Made by a program: the position numbers and the translations under genes. The notes below the pieces were generated by a model. That model saw only the letters and a list, made by a program, of their open reading frames with translations, ran no database searches and was not told the DNA's origin. From Waddliaceae bacterium (lineage in GTDB: Bacteria; Chlamydiota; Chlamydiia; Chlamydiales; SLFE01): a DNA stretch of 64,000 nucleotides. Below, one piece after another: positions 10,527 through 22,696 of the stretch; positions within the stretch are counted from its first letter, which is position 1; each line of letters starts with the position of its first letter. Where the stretch lies: contig CAVYRW010000004.1 of NCBI GenBank assembly GCA_963771045.1, positions 1,600,001 to 1,664,000 on the forward strand, read 5' to 3'.

Positions 10527-12008
10527 TCATAAAGGTCGAGATACTGCTTGAGCGGGGCCCTTCCAGCTGAAGTCCATAGCCATGCCGTTTAGCATGAGTT
10601 TCCGCCACATTAGCGGCTTGTCAAACCAATAGGCGATGGCCCGGTCCAAAGCTGAGTTGAACCCCTCGGGCGTTGGCTTTTCAAAAACAAAGCCGTTTCT
10701 TTTCTCAAAAAGAACCCTCCCGTTGTCGACATCAACGATCGTATCGGCCAGCCCTCCTGTTTTTCTAACAATGGGAACGGTACCATATTTAAGGGATATC
10801 AACTGAGTGAGGCCGCAGGGTTCGAATATTGAAGGAACAATAAACATATCGCTGGCGGCGAAAATATGATGCGCCGTCTCTTCTTCGTGCTTCAGAATCA
10901 GGTGGGCATGGGGATGATCGGCGAAATGATGCATCAGCTCGTGAAATTCGCGATTGATTTTAGGGATAGGACTGGTTCCCAGAAGAATGAATTGCCCTCC
11001 CCTTTCCAATGTACGGAAGAGGGCGTGGCGCATCAGCTCTACCCCTTTTTGGGGAACAAGGCGGGCGACGCAGCCGACTAAAGGACGATGCGCTTCGTCA
11101 AGCATAAGCTTCTCTCTCAGCAGATTCTTGACATACGCTTTCCGGTCAATCGTCGCCAAGTCGTTATCGGTTTTCGGTTTTTCCCTGGAAGAAAAGTGAG
11201 CGGGAAGGTAAGGGTCTGTTTCGGGGTTCCAATAGGCGTATTCGACGCCGTTGACGATTCCATAAACTTTGCTTTTGTATTTTTTTAGAAGTTTACCGAG
11301 CCCTTTTCCACCTTTTTGCGTTTGTATTTCTTTGGCATAGGTACAAGAGACGGTTGTGACCGCTTCAGAATAGACAATACCCCCCTTCATTAGATTGAGA
11401 TGGGTTGAATCTGTTTCATCGAGAAGCTTTTTGGGATCGGCATAATCCTCTCCTTTAAGCCCCGTTTTATCAATATCAAGTGTCAGACATTTTCCCTGGT
11501 ACTCCATATTATGGATCGTAAAAACAAGTTTAAGTCCGTTCTTTCCGAGCTCCCGATACATGTCTTTGTAAAGAGGGGCCATAAGGGCTGTATGCCAATC
11601 GTGCAAATGGAGAAGATGAGGCTTAAGGCCTCGCTGTTTCATCAGCTCCATGGAAGCTTTGGAAAAGTAAATGTAGCGTTCGATGTCGTCGTCGCATCCA
11701 TAAATGCAGCCTCGATTAAAGAAGAGCTTGGGGTGGTGGGGCTCGATAAAATAGACTTTGAGATTGTCGACCCACCCCAGCCAAATGGTATTCGGGTGCA
11801 CCTGCCCATCATATTCGACTAAAATGTCAGACTCGTCGATATGCAGGTCGCGGATCTTTTCGGTATCCATGCAGTCGTATTTGGGAAGGATGATATCGAC
11901 ATCATGCCCCTCCCAGGCAAGCTGGCGGGACAGGCCGAGCAGAACATCGCCGAGCCCGCCTATCTTGGCAATCGGGGCGAGTTCAGAAGCTGCGTGGATG
12001 ATGTGCAT
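10527..12008 (-). CDS. glgA: Glycogen synthase
   Basis: ASELAPIAKIGGLGDV, HLHDWHT, FTIHN, RLVPQKG, PSIFEPCGLTQ; last few codons frameshifted. Confidence 0.95.
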   Translation of the reverse strand: MHIIHAASELAPIAKIGGLGDVLLGLSRQLAWEGHDVDIILPKYDCMDTEKIRDLHIDESDILVEYDGQVHPNTIWLGWVDNLKVYFIEPHHPKLFFNRGCIYGCDDDIERYIYFSKASMELMKQRGLKPHLLHLHDWHTALMAPLYKDMYRELGKNGLKLVFTIHNMEYQGKCLTLDIDKTGLKGEDYADPKKLLDETDSTHLNLMKGGIVYSEAVTTVSCTYAKEIQTQKGGKGLGKLLKKYKSKVYGIVNGVEYAYWNPETDPYLPAHFSSREKPKTDNDLATIDRKAYVKNLLREKLMLDEAHRPLVGCVARLVPQKGVELMRHALFRTLERGGQFILLGTSPIPKINREFHELMHHFADHPHAHLILKHEEETAHHIFAASDMFIVPSIFEPCGLTQLISLKYGTVPIVRKTGGLADTIVDVDNGRVLFEKRNGFVFEKPTPEGFNSALDRAIAYWFDKPLMWRKLMLNGMAMDFSWKGPAQAVSRPL

Positions 12009-12032
12009 AGGATCATCGTGGCAAAAAGACCA

Positions 12033-13196
12033 TTATTCATCAAGCATGAGGAACAGAGTGGGGAACTGCTTTTTAAACCATTTGGCAAAGTATTCGATTT
12101 TTTCGAACCGGCGCCTCAGCTCAGTCAGTAGAAGACGCCTGTCGTTGACTGTTTTTGAAAGCTGATTGATCTTTGCCTCGAGAAGGCTCGTCTGCGCTAA
12201 AGACAAGTCGGGATGCTCCCGCCAGGAATCGAATTTGTCAATCACGCTCTCCAGATGAGAAAAAGCCTCTTTCATGATTTCATATTCATGCCTGGAGCTT
12301 TCATGATGCTCTTTGACATACTGGATCACATAATCGAACTTCTCTCTAATTTCTTCGATGGAATACTCTTTCTTTTGAGCCCCGGCTTCCATATCCCTGA
12401 GCTCAAGAATATATCGTTGCACCTGGTCTTCGGCCATAACATCGATGAACCGTGTATAGGCCTCTTCAAACGTTTGACTGTAGCGATGGCTGCAGATTGT
12501 GTAATAGTCAATAAGAAAGCGGCTGACTCTCCCCTCTTTCTCTTCGCGGAGGGCATTGAAAACTTCATCGGACCCGTTGTCCTGTATGACGGCTTCCGAC
12601 TCATAGTCGTTGATTTTGGAAACGGCAAAATATGGAGACAATAATTTGCTCAGCACATAAGTGCCAGGCCCTGAGGAATCTTTTTCACGGGTTGCGATCT
12701 TGTAGCTTCTGATCCGCCCTGTCGGCGTGGCATCGATGGTAAAATGCGTCATAATAGTAAATTTCGGCATCATTTGAGCCGTCAAATGATGCTGCTTATG
12801 CGCAGGGTCGAGAACCGCCAAAAGGGATTGCCTATAGGTTTCTGCGACCATCAGGACTTTTGACTTGGCTATGGCTACTTCCCTCAAATTTTCGGGATCT
12901 TTCGGACACTTGACTGCCGTGTAGATTGTCGACAAAAGCTCGACGGGCTTGCCGTCTACTTCCAGTTTCCACAAAATGCGCGTTTTCAAATATTTGTCGC
13001 CAGACTTCGATAATTTATAGGTCGTGATTAAAAAATGCTCTCTTTCTTTTTCAATAGAGGCGGTGATATTTTTTATTTTCTCCGGGTGCGTTAAAATTCC
13101 GGGGTAATGCCTATATAGCCACTGAATCGGATTACAGTCATCCACATTCCCTTCAGGCTTAGAAACTAGGGGTAAATCATTCTTATTATTAATCAT
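12033..13196 (-). CDS. Hypothetical protein with coiled-coil C-terminus
   Basis: 387-aa ORF directly upstream of glgA on the same strand. Confidence 0.65.
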   Translation of the reverse strand: MINNKNDLPLVSKPEGNVDDCNPIQWLYRHYPGILTHPEKIKNITASIEKEREHFLITTYKLSKSGDKYLKTRILWKLEVDGKPVELLSTIYTAVKCPKDPENLREVAIAKSKVLMVAETYRQSLLAVLDPAHKQHHLTAQMMPKFTIMTHFTIDATPTGRIRSYKIATREKDSSGPGTYVLSKLLSPYFAVSKINDYESEAVIQDNGSDEVFNALREEKEGRVSRFLIDYYTICSHRYSQTFEEAYTRFIDVMAEDQVQRYILELRDMEAGAQKKEYSIEEIREKFDYVIQYVKEHHESSRHEYEIMKEAFSHLESVIDKFDSWREHPDLSLAQTSLLEAKINQLSKTVNDRRLLLTELRRRFEKIEYFAKWFKKQFPTLFLMLDE

Positions 13197-13333
13197 ATAT
13201 TACCTATGATTCTTAGTGAATAAAGCAAATACCGGGCCAAATGGCAAAATAATTTTTTAAAGTTCGTAAATACCTTGTATTCAAAAGAAAAATAGGATAA
13301 AATTGCTAAAAAATAGTTGAAGGAGAGAATACC

Positions 13334-14353
13334 TTGGGGAGACTACTCATCATCACAGCTTTTGTGCTCTTTTCCATCATAGGGATAGCCGCGTACCTAA
13401 AGAATCAGACGGAGAAAGAGCCGGAAATTGTCGTGACCGCTCAAAATACCGATATCGCCCCGATTCTCATTGACATCGACAAGGAGCCTGAAATCATCGA
13501 AACCCCGGAGGAACCGACTGCTGGTCAACAGGTTAAGACGGACGAGCCGATCACTGCCTCATGGCCTCTTGCCTCAGAAGGGCTTCCGACCGGAGGCAAC
13601 ATCGACCGGCTCTTCACTACTTCAGACAAAAAGCTTCCCGTGGTCAAAACAATCTCATACAAAAGCCGCGTCTCCTGGATGAACGGAAGGCCAGCTTGGA
13701 TCTCCGATTATGCCACGCATTACAAGACCTCGCGCCACTTTATCGCCCGCAGCCTCCACGGCAAAGGAAACTATTACAAACACGATATCTCAAACGGCGA
13801 TTATTTCAATGTCTTGGATCCCGACAAAGACATTGAGTTCTACCTGCTCATCGACCTCTCGCGATGCAAATGCTGGTTCTATGTCTACGACAGAGACACT
13901 CATCAGAGAATATTCCTCAAAGACTACGCCGTCGGCCTGGGGCGTCCCGACAACCTCAAATCCTCGGGCCTGCTGACTCCCCGCGGCAAATATTCCCTCG
14001 GGGACAGAATCGCCGCCTACCAGCCCAAAACAACCGGTTATCACAATGGCAAAAAAATTGAGCTGATTCGGGTTTTTGGAACAAGATGGATCCCCTTTGA
14101 GCAGGAAATCAGCAATACGACATCTCCTGCAAAAGGTTTCGGCATTCATGGAGTCCCATGGAAAGAAGATCCTGAATCCGGAGAATTAAAAGAAGACGCA
14201 AGCAGCCTCGGAACTTACACAAGCGACGGCTGCATCAGAATGGCCTCAGATGATATCGAAGAAGTTTACGCGATCATTGCTGGCAAACCGTCATTTGTGG
14301 AACTTGTAAATGATTTCCATGACGCCAAACTTCCCGGAGAAGAGTACCAATAA
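13334..14353 (+). CDS. L,D-transpeptidase (YkuD family), membrane anchored
   Basis: N-terminal TM helix; TPRGKY, GFGIHG...SDGCIRM catalytic His/Cys motif. Confidence 0.88.
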   Translation: MGRLLIITAFVLFSIIGIAAYLKNQTEKEPEIVVTAQNTDIAPILIDIDKEPEIIETPEEPTAGQQVKTDEPITASWPLASEGLPTGGNIDRLFTTSDKKLPVVKTISYKSRVSWMNGRPAWISDYATHYKTSRHFIARSLHGKGNYYKHDISNGDYFNVLDPDKDIEFYLLIDLSRCKCWFYVYDRDTHQRIFLKDYAVGLGRPDNLKSSGLLTPRGKYSLGDRIAAYQPKTTGYHNGKKIELIRVFGTRWIPFEQEISNTTSPAKGFGIHGVPWKEDPESGELKEDASSLGTYTSDGCIRMASDDIEEVYAIIAGKPSFVELVNDFHDAKLPGEEYQ

Positions 14354-15315
14354 TGGATATACTGGCACACGAAAAAGAGATCTTTGAATATATCAAGACA
14401 ATCGACCACCTGAAAAGCAAAGGGGGCGAAAATCCCATTTTTTTCGACGAAATCTCCCGTCTTGAACAAAAGCTGGAAAAACTTAGGCGCGATGTCTACT
14501 CGAACCTAACGCCCTGGCAGCGGGTGCAGATTTGCCGCCACGCCTTGCGTCCGCACACGATCGACTACATCGCGAAAATGTTTTCCGGTTTTGAAGAACT
14601 TTCCGGCGACCGGCAGTTTGCCGACGACAAGGCCCTTATCGGAGGGTTTGCCCGCCTGGGGGATATCAAGTGCGTTGTGATCGGCCAGGAAAAGGGAAGC
14701 AATACGGAAGAGAGGCTTAAACGCAATTTCGGGATGATGCATCCCGAAGGTTATAAAAAAGCACTCCGCCTCATGAAGCTGGCCGAAAAGTTCCACCTCC
14801 CCATCATTACCCTGATCGACACGCCGGGCGCGTTTCCCGGCCTTGACGCCGAAAAAAGAGGGCAGGGCGCCGCCATTGCCCTGAATTTACGAGAGATGAT
14901 GCGGATCGAAACCCCAATCATTTCCGTTGTCATCGGAGAAGGATGCTCGGGCGGCGCGCTTGGCATCGGAATCGGAGACGCCATCGGCATGCTCGAACAC
15001 GCGTACTATTCCGTCATTTCCCCTGAAGGATGCGCCTCAATCCTATGGAAAGAAGCAGGAAAAAATGTCGATGCGGCAGCCGCACTCAAACTCAATTCCG
15101 AAAATCTTATGGACTACGAAATCATCGATGAAGTAATCGGAGAACCTTTGGGCGGAGCCCATCACGATCCGGAAGTTGTTTATGACAATGTGAAACGGTT
15201 TATCCAAGACAAATGGGACGTCCTCAAACTCCTTCCCCCTCATCTTCTCCTCGAACAACGATATAATAAATACCGAAAAATCGGACAATTTTCAAAAAAT
15301 GAAGCTTCTATTTAG
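14353..15315 (+). CDS. accA: Acetyl-CoA carboxylase carboxyltransferase alpha subunit
   Basis: LTPWQRVQ, RNFGMMHPEGYKKALR, IDTPGAFPG, GEGCSGGAL, YSVISPEGCASILW. Confidence 0.97.
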   Translation: MDILAHEKEIFEYIKTIDHLKSKGGENPIFFDEISRLEQKLEKLRRDVYSNLTPWQRVQICRHALRPHTIDYIAKMFSGFEELSGDRQFADDKALIGGFARLGDIKCVVIGQEKGSNTEERLKRNFGMMHPEGYKKALRLMKLAEKFHLPIITLIDTPGAFPGLDAEKRGQGAAIALNLREMMRIETPIISVVIGEGCSGGALGIGIGDAIGMLEHAYYSVISPEGCASILWKEAGKNVDAAAALKLNSENLMDYEIIDEVIGEPLGGAHHDPEVVYDNVKRFIQDKWDVLKLLPPHLLLEQRYNKYRKIGQFSKNEASI

Positions 15316-17219
15316 ACTCTCGTTTCAAAAACACGCCAATTTCCTTTTGATCGCGGTCACCATGCTTTCGATGTGCCTTTTTACCATCGGCACACAGATG
15401 GAAATCATCACTATCGGCATCCTGACAAACAAAGGACCGGGATTTTTTGAACTGTTCAGCCCCGTAAAAAATAATGAAATCGTCCAGTCGGATAAAATTA
15501 CCCGAAAACAGCTTGACAAGCGATGGAACGAACTGGATCAGAACAGACAAAGGATATATCGATCGAATGGATACCGCCCGCTTTGCCCGCTCTGTCAAAC
15601 CAAAAGGACTTGTCGACAGGTCTATCTATTATTTAAACCGGATCATTCCCCTGAGCGGCAACCCCCGCAATCTCGCCATCATATTCATTATTGTCGCCCT
15701 CTTCAATGCTGCCGCGATGTTCTGCCACCGCTTTTCTACAAAAATTGTGGCCATCCGGGTCAGCCGCGATTTGAGGCAGAATTATTTCGAACACATCCAA
15801 CTGCTACCCATGAGTTTTTACCAGCAGCACAACATCGGAAGCTTATCTGCCCGAGTCGTCACCGATGCCGTTGCCATTGCCGATGGGATCAACGCCTCGC
15901 TGATCAATTATCTGCAAACTCCCTTCGCGATAATGTCAACCCTGGCCCTTTGTTTCATCGCTTCATGGAAATTGTCCCTCATGATCTTTATGGGCCTGCC
16001 TCTGATTGCCTATCCTATCGTGTATATCGCCCGCCATGTGAAACGGATAGCGAAAGAGCTCCAGAAGAATCAAGAAAACTTCACCTCCGTGCTTGTCGAT
16101 TATCTTGGAGGCATCCAGACTATAAAAATGTTTGCTATGGAAAGTTTTTCCTTAAAAAAATATCGATGGCAAAACGAGCAGATGGCCAAGCTCGAACAAA
16201 AAAGCGCCAAATACGACGTCTCTTCACGGCCCATCGTTCATACGATCGGCATGTCCTTTCTGGCCGGCGCCTTAATCTTCGGACTCTACATCTTAAATAT
16301 GAGCGTTCCCGAGGTGATTGTCTACTGTGGGCTTCTCTATGTATTTTATGAACCGGTGAAAAAATTCGCCGAAACCAACGGGCAAATTCAAAGAGGAGCC
16401 GCAGCAGCGGAACGGATGTATGAAGTGATGCAGATCAAACCGCAAATTCAGGATGCTCCGGACGCCAGCGAGCTGACGGAATTTAACGAAAGCATCGAAT
16501 TTCGCAATGTCTCTTTCCGCTATGACGATGAATGGATCCTGAAAGATTTGAGTTTTACGGTGGAAAAAGGGCAGACTGTAGCCCTTGTGGGGCCTACCGG
16601 CGCCGGTAAGTCGACCATCGTCCAGCTCATGCCGAGACTCTATGATGTGCAAAAAGGACAAATCCTGATCGACGGCAAACCCTTAAGCGACTATACGCAA
16701 GCCTCCATCCGCAAACAGATCGCCTTTGTCCCGCAAAAGCCCTTTCTCTTTCTGGATACCATAAATGAAAATATCGCATTCGGGTCCCCTTATACCGAAA
16801 AGGACATTGAGGAGGCGGCAAAGAAAGCGCATGCCGTCGAATTTATCAAAAACCTTCCCAAAGGCTTTGAAACGGAACTTTCCGAAATGGGAAAAAATCT
16901 CTCAGGTGGACAGCAGCAGCGCCTCGCAATTGCCCGCGCCCTCTTCAAAAAAAACCCTATCCTGGTCATGGACGAAGCGACATCCTCTCTCGATGCCCTG
17001 AGCGAAAACTATATCAAAACCGCAATTCGCGAACTTCGCGGTTCAATGACCCAGATCATTATCGCCCACCGCCTTTCGACCGTAGAAGATGCCGACAAAA
17101 TCATCTATATAGACAAGGGACGAAAAATCGCCGAAGGAAAAAGAGATGAGCTTTTAACAATCTGCCCCGAGTTCAAACTTATGTGGGACATGTTAAACAG
17201 ACAAAAAACTCATGCATAA
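15299..17219 (+). CDS. msbA: MsbA-like ABC exporter (TMD+NBD), frameshift near 15545
   Basis: GPTGAGKST, LSGGQQQRLAIARA, VMDEATSSLD, IAHRLST; follows accA as in chlamydiae. Confidence 0.85.
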
Positions 17220-17907
17220 AAAAATCATCGTTGTTCATTCAGGAGGCATGGACTCTTCCCTCTGCCTGGCCCTTGCGATAAGGGAATTTGGCAATGATGC
17301 TGTGCTGAGCCTCTCTTTCGACTATAAGCACCGCCACAAAAGTGAACTGGCCAGCGCCGCGAAAATCTGCTGCGACTGGAACGTCGACCATACCGTAATC
17401 GAACTGGCATGCCTGAGCCAAATAACGCGCGACGCCCTCACCGATCCAACGCTTGAGATCGTACAAAATGGCAACAACCCTCCAAACACCCTTGTCGCCG
17501 GCCGCAACGGCCTCATGGCCCGCCTTGCCGCCATCCACGCCCACTCCTTAGGAGCCCGCCTGATTTCCCTGGGCGTGATTGAAGTTGAAGAAGCCGGCTC
17601 AGGCTACCGCGACTGTTCAAGAAGCTACATGGACCTCATGCAGCAAATCCTTTGCATCGACCTCGACGATCCAGAGTTTGAGATCCTGACACCTATTGTT
17701 AACTTGAATAAAAAGGAAACTCTTGAGCTTGCCGACTCCCTCGGCATTCTCGAGTATCTGCTTAGGAATACCATTACCTGCTACAACGGCATCCCATTGC
17801 TTGGCTGCCAAAAATGCCCCAGCTGCCAGCTTCGCAACGATGGACTTAAGGCCTACCTCAAGAATCATGATTTTGTTCTACCAAATATTTTCTATAATTT
17901 GGTATAG
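17212..17907 (+). CDS. queC: 7-cyano-7-deazaguanine synthase
   Basis: SGGMDS, FDYKHRH, PNTLVAGRN, YRDC, TCYNG..CQKCPSCQLR. Confidence 0.93.
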   Translation: MHKKIIVVHSGGMDSSLCLALAIREFGNDAVLSLSFDYKHRHKSELASAAKICCDWNVDHTVIELACLSQITRDALTDPTLEIVQNGNNPPNTLVAGRNGLMARLAAIHAHSLGARLISLGVIEVEEAGSGYRDCSRSYMDLMQQILCIDLDDPEFEILTPIVNLNKKETLELADSLGILEYLLRNTITCYNGIPLLGCQKCPSCQLRNDGLKAYLKNHDFVLPNIFYNLV

Positions 17908-17919
17908 CATAAACTCGGT

Positions 17920-19062
17920 ATGTCTAGCCTCAAGATAGAAGTCATCAACTCCCTCATGCACTACAGCTACAACTTTCCCCTGCAAACAAATCGTCAGCTC
18001 GATGTCATATTAGCAAGATGGCCCGGAGGGGTCCTCTTCAAAAAATACATTATGAGACTGGCCTGCTACCGCTGCCTAAAAGAACAAATAGCCTCTTGCC
18101 TGAGGCGCAAGATTCGCCCTAAACTGGAAAAAGCAGCCTACACTCATATAGATCTGATTTGCAGCGGCATAGCCAATGACATCCTCAAACAAAGAAACAT
18201 GCTCAACATGATAGACGGCATCGAATCGCTTTGGGAAAAGCTTGACTCCTACCTCAACCCCGAAGAAGGAAGCTCTGCCTCCCCATCCGCTTTTTGGTTC
18301 AACTATGTTCAGGAAGCCGCATCCGGCTTCTTTTCCAATTCTCTTGAGACCATCCGCTGCATGGACAACGATTCCCACGAAAAACAGACAATGGTCAGCG
18401 CCATATTATACGGCATAAAACGGAAGCTTCCCGTAGAATATGTCCAAGAGTTTGGAGAGGATATCGATGAACTTGTCAAAAACTATTTCTGTAATCCCGA
18501 TTTTCAGTATGGAAAATTCAAAGCTGAATTTTCCCAAAGGGTCAGGAAAAAACTCAAACCTAAACTGGCAAATGCCATCAAACCTATCGTCAGAATTGCC
18601 ATTCCTCACATCGCAAAAGTGGGCGCACAGATAATCGCGGAAAACACAAAATCCTTAAATGATTGGATTTGGTCTCAAACCATCTCTTTGGCATCCAGCG
18701 CGACAATTTTGACAACCATTTTTGGAGCCCTCAGCTTCCTCTATGACCCCTCCTTAACCATTAGCGCAATTTCTCTGATTATCACCGCTTTCTTTACCAA
18801 TCTTGGGGTCTTAAGTTTTGAATTTCTTCAAACCCAGCAAGTCAAAATCAGCCGTGCAAAAATTCAAAAGAACCTGATAGATAACTATGGGGAGGAATTT
18901 AGGTACGCCACCGCCAAATGTTTAGCAGACTTTCACAACAAATATTTCGCCTGTTCCAATGAAAAGAGTGCCGAGGATTTTTTATGCGGCATCACCGATG
19001 GCGTGCTCGAAACAATTTTGTCGGAAGTCACAAGAAAAATCGTCAAAGAGATGAAACTGTAA
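17920..19062 (+). CDS. Hypothetical membrane protein
   Basis: 380-aa ORF with a bilobed hydrophobic region. Confidence 0.6.
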   Translation: MSSLKIEVINSLMHYSYNFPLQTNRQLDVILARWPGGVLFKKYIMRLACYRCLKEQIASCLRRKIRPKLEKAAYTHIDLICSGIANDILKQRNMLNMIDGIESLWEKLDSYLNPEEGSSASPSAFWFNYVQEAASGFFSNSLETIRCMDNDSHEKQTMVSAILYGIKRKLPVEYVQEFGEDIDELVKNYFCNPDFQYGKFKAEFSQRVRKKLKPKLANAIKPIVRIAIPHIAKVGAQIIAENTKSLNDWIWSQTISLASSATILTTIFGALSFLYDPSLTISAISLIITAFFTNLGVLSFEFLQTQQVKISRAKIQKNLIDNYGEEFRYATAKCLADFHNKYFACSNEKSAEDFLCGITDGVLETILSEVTRKIVKEMKL

Positions 19063-19905
19063 AATCCGCTTCACTCTCTCGGGAGTCGGCACCCAATTTT
19101 CATATCTTCTGAAACACCGCCTATTTTCCAGATACCAATCTAATGCATAGGCGCACTTACCTTCCCGCACAGCTTGCATGAGGCTTTTTTCTAAAACATC
19201 GGGAGAAAGAAACCGCAGATTGCAATATTTTGGATTTGTCCACATCCTAACCCGATACTTTCCTAAAGAGACAAATTGATCGACCTGCATCGCCACCTCG
19301 CTCTCCAAATCCAGCCCTCCAAGCAACGCGATTTCAGCGATAAAGCTGACACACTGACGGCAAGACAGCGAATAACGGGAATAATCATAGTGCTTAATGA
19401 AATCTTTCATCTCATCATATGTTTCTTTCGTCAAATCAAGTTTGACTGCATAAGTGGGCCGATGACCTCCGCACCCCTGCTGGAAAAACCCGTCGCTTAA
19501 AGTGCGGCGCATATAGCGGATCGGGTTGGGATCGCCGCTCTCCACTAAATCCATAACCCCGTCGAAATATTTCGGCTCCAGGGTGCCAAGTTCTCCGGAA
19601 TGCCCCCCTTCGAGAAACTCCCCTTTTCCCTGAAGATAAACCCAGGCGTGGCCGACATCGCCATTCAAGCTGCCGTCGCTGGGATGCTTTGCCAAAGTCA
19701 TCAAAAAGGACTGCGAGTTGAAATAATCCAGATGACGCGCGCTGACAAGAAAAATGACAAAGTAATCCGATTCGGAAAATGGGGGGGCCGGCGGCCTTTC
19801 CTTTAAGTGGGCATAATAATCCCGATAAATTTGATTTCGGGGGGCCCAGCTGCAGGAATTCAATACAATTATCAACAGAAGGAATATACGATTAATCTTC
19901 ATCAA
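18982..19905 (-). CDS. Hypothetical lipoprotein
   Basis: Lipobox-like LNSC; GHAW and C-x-x-F motifs. Confidence 0.6.
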   Translation of the reverse strand: MMKINRIFLLLIIVLNSCSWAPRNQIYRDYYAHLKERPPAPPFSESDYFVIFLVSARHLDYFNSQSFLMTLAKHPSDGSLNGDVGHAWVYLQGKGEFLEGGHSGELGTLEPKYFDGVMDLVESGDPNPIRYMRRTLSDGFFQQGCGGHRPTYAVKLDLTKETYDEMKDFIKHYDYSRYSLSCRQCVSFIAEIALLGGLDLESEVAMQVDQFVSLGKYRVRMWTNPKYCNLRFLSPDVLEKSLMQAVREGKCAYALDWYLENRRCFRRYENWVPTPERVKRILQFHLFDDFSCDFRQNCFEHAIGDAA

Positions 19906-21377
19906 TGAAGCGGATTTCGGCTTTGATTCTGCACGGAGTGTAGCGGCGGACCGTCCTCAAAAAGATTTGCCAGTCGAATGCCTCAAAACGATTTGCGCCG
20001 GCAAGATCGGTTTGCGCGGGGCGGTTTCCCGGTTGAATGTGCCCCATAAATCTCCCGTCGCCCTCTTCAAAAGTCAATTTAAGAGTAAAATGGATTTGAG
20101 GATCTTCAAAATGAATGATATCTTTCAGGTTAAATGCTGTGGCCTTCTTATCTCCAACAGTAATATTTAGACCTTCATGCTGGTTCACATAAAAACAAAG
20201 CTCATGACTTTTTTCGCGGCTGTCGAATTGCGTATCTTCGGCCAGAAGGAACTCAAGATCAATACCGCCGTCTAAAATTTTATAAGACATCCCGCTCATT
20301 CTGTCTCCCTGGCAGGAGAACGAGTGGATACAGTTGCAGTCCCCCCATATCATGCGAAAATGATGAAACCCTTTTTTCAAATGGGGAGGCAGGGCCCCTC
20401 TTGTCTCGATCGCGCTGTAGGCATATTTTTCGGACTGCACCACGTTCCACTTGTGGCCGGCCACCTCCCCTTTTTTTATGAAAGGCTTTTTAACAGGGCC
20501 GAGGCCGTTTTCGATGCTTCTTACAAGAGCTCCCTGCACCTGAAACGGATGGTCAATAAACGAGTGATAGGGAAATCCTCCGGTAAAATCCCCCAAATAA
20601 AGATCATAAAGAGTTGGCTGAGGCTCCGAGCGCCACTGAAGCACTTTCACAGCCGGACCCGAGTAGCATCTTGCAGGCTGAAACCACGTCTCGGAAAGAT
20701 ACGACCAGAATTTTTTCCATCGGCTTTTGGAAATGTCATCAGAGACCATTTGCAGGGCGATCAGAGTTTCGGCGATATAAACCGGGGAATACCATGTCCC
20801 GAAATCCTCCGCTTCGCTCTCTTTGCAAAGTTCTTCGAGTTTCTCTTGGCCCAATTTCACAAGGCCCTGGTCTTTCCACATCTTTCCGAAAGCGGCATTG
20901 CCGGCGGCAATTTTCACAGCGATTTGAAACGGCGCTTTTTCGTTATTTTCCGGAAGATTCAGATAATCTAAAGCGCGCCTTATCGACTCGTTCATCTTGT
21001 CGATGAGCTCCTGTCCCAAAACCTTTTGAAATCCCCTTAAAGCCCAATAGATCGGAGCCAAAATATGCACCGACGAGAAACGATCAGCGGCACGCGGGAT
21101 ACTCATGAATATAGCGGGGAAAATTTCCCGTCTCAAGATTTTGGAATGCCAAAATTTTACCAAAGAGCGTTTTGGCTTCCAAAATATTTGACACCGTCTG
21201 CATCCTGAGCAGGGCCAAAGCGAACAAAAGGTTTTCATAGACGGGTATCGTATCATTGACGCTCTCGCCCTGCTTTTCATGGCAAAAATGGACAAGCAAT
21301 GTCTGGGGGCTTTCATGACTTCTTCCCGAAGTCACCGCCAATTCGACAAGCTGTCTGACAAGGTCTACTTCTTCCAT
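19892..21377 (-). CDS. Conserved hypothetical protein, frameshifted near 21090
   Basis: ORF 21084-21377 continues into 19892-21316. Confidence 0.6.
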
Positions 21378-22215
21378 GCCTGCTCCTCTAGTGCTATCGT
21401 CAATCCTTTGATAATCCCGTTGTCCGATGCCGGCGGAGCGACAATATCTGCGGCCATTAGCACATCTTACGGAGCGCTTCCCATGACAATGGCTAAGTCG
21501 GCAGTTTGAAGCATCGGCAAATCATTTCTATCATCGCCTGCCGCAATGATGGGCCCGCCTCCTCCCTTGTATTCGGCAAACCGCATGGCAGCATCGCCTT
21601 TGTTGACGCCGTGGGCCGTCGCCTGGGCAACGTAGCGGTCTTCGCCAAAGGGATCCCGAATGATCGGAATGTCGACGAAAGGCCCCCAAAAAATGAACTC
21701 TGCCGCAAATCCTCTCCAAAGATTCAAGCGATCCAAAATATTTGACAGCCGGAAACGAGTCGATCCCATCTTTTTTGAAATCTTCCAGACTCTTCCAGCT
21801 CTCGCAGAATCTTTCAGCCCTCCTTTCAAGATACTCCATCAAGGGGTTTTTGAATTGGCTGCGGTCGAAGTAGCACACATCGATCATCTCTTTGAGGGCC
21901 GTAAACGACAATGCCGCAAGGCTCATCCTCGCAAGCCTCTTCCAGCAAAGGGAGGACATCGCCTTGCAAAAAATTATTGAAGATCTCCTTTCCCGACGGC
22001 ACCTCGAAACAACGGGCTCCATTGTGAACGGCCAGATAAAAAGAATTTTTCAATCGCAGCATCGGCAAAGTCCGGGGATAAGACCTTCCCGTGATGAAAA
22101 TCAGGTTCCATCCCTGATCCGTCAAATCATCCAAGAAATTTACGACTTCTCCGGGGATAAGGTCGTGGTCGGTCGTCACCGTCCCGTCAATATCCAGTGC
22201 GATAATCCCATTCAT
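21374..22215 (-). CDS. Cof-type HAD phosphatase, frameshifted
   Basis: IALDIDGT, ITGR, HNGA, NKGDA, AAGDDRNDLPML. Confidence 0.85.
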
Positions 22216-22248
22216 AAGATTCCATTATGCCAGCGGCCGGCGATTAAC

Positions 22249-22696
22249 TCAAGATGGACGCTCACTTTCAGCTGTCAAATTGTAGGTGTATTTTGTTTTT
22301 AAAGTGAAGCTCACAGGGAATAATCCCATGATTCCCACAACACCGGAAGAATACCATAAAGACAGCCCTCCTAAAGTTTTCGGCAGGCATTTGGGAAAAA
22401 AGGTTTTGCATACGAATTTTGCGACTTGATTGGCAATCAAGGCACTCGCAGTCGAACTACTGACAACCAAAACTTTTCCATCAAAATCGTTCATATTTTC
22501 TTTTGCGAACCTTGCCCTCAACGCAGAGCAGGCCAGTCGATAGATAGAACCATGACAATCCCTGAAAAAACCCGCCGGTAAAAGACTTAAAGACCGCCCA
22601 TGAGACCACGCCGTGGCTGATTCCTGAGATCATAGGATGAAATGTATAGGGGTGTTCTTTTAATAGGTCTTGTTGTTCGGTGATTGTAATCGTCAT
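22249..22696 (-). CDS. Small hypothetical membrane protein (frameshifted)
   Basis: Two overlapping hydrophobic ORFs, RBS AGGAGG upstream. Confidence 0.45.

Noticed and set aside
15474..16351. Two overlapping genes at msbA
   Set aside because: They are two frames of one gene split by a single indel near 15545.
17212..17907. queC as part of a 7-deazaguanine DNA-modification (Dpd) or QatABCD defence system
   Set aside because: It is a canonical QueC in a housekeeping accA-msbA operon, with no dpd or qat neighbours.
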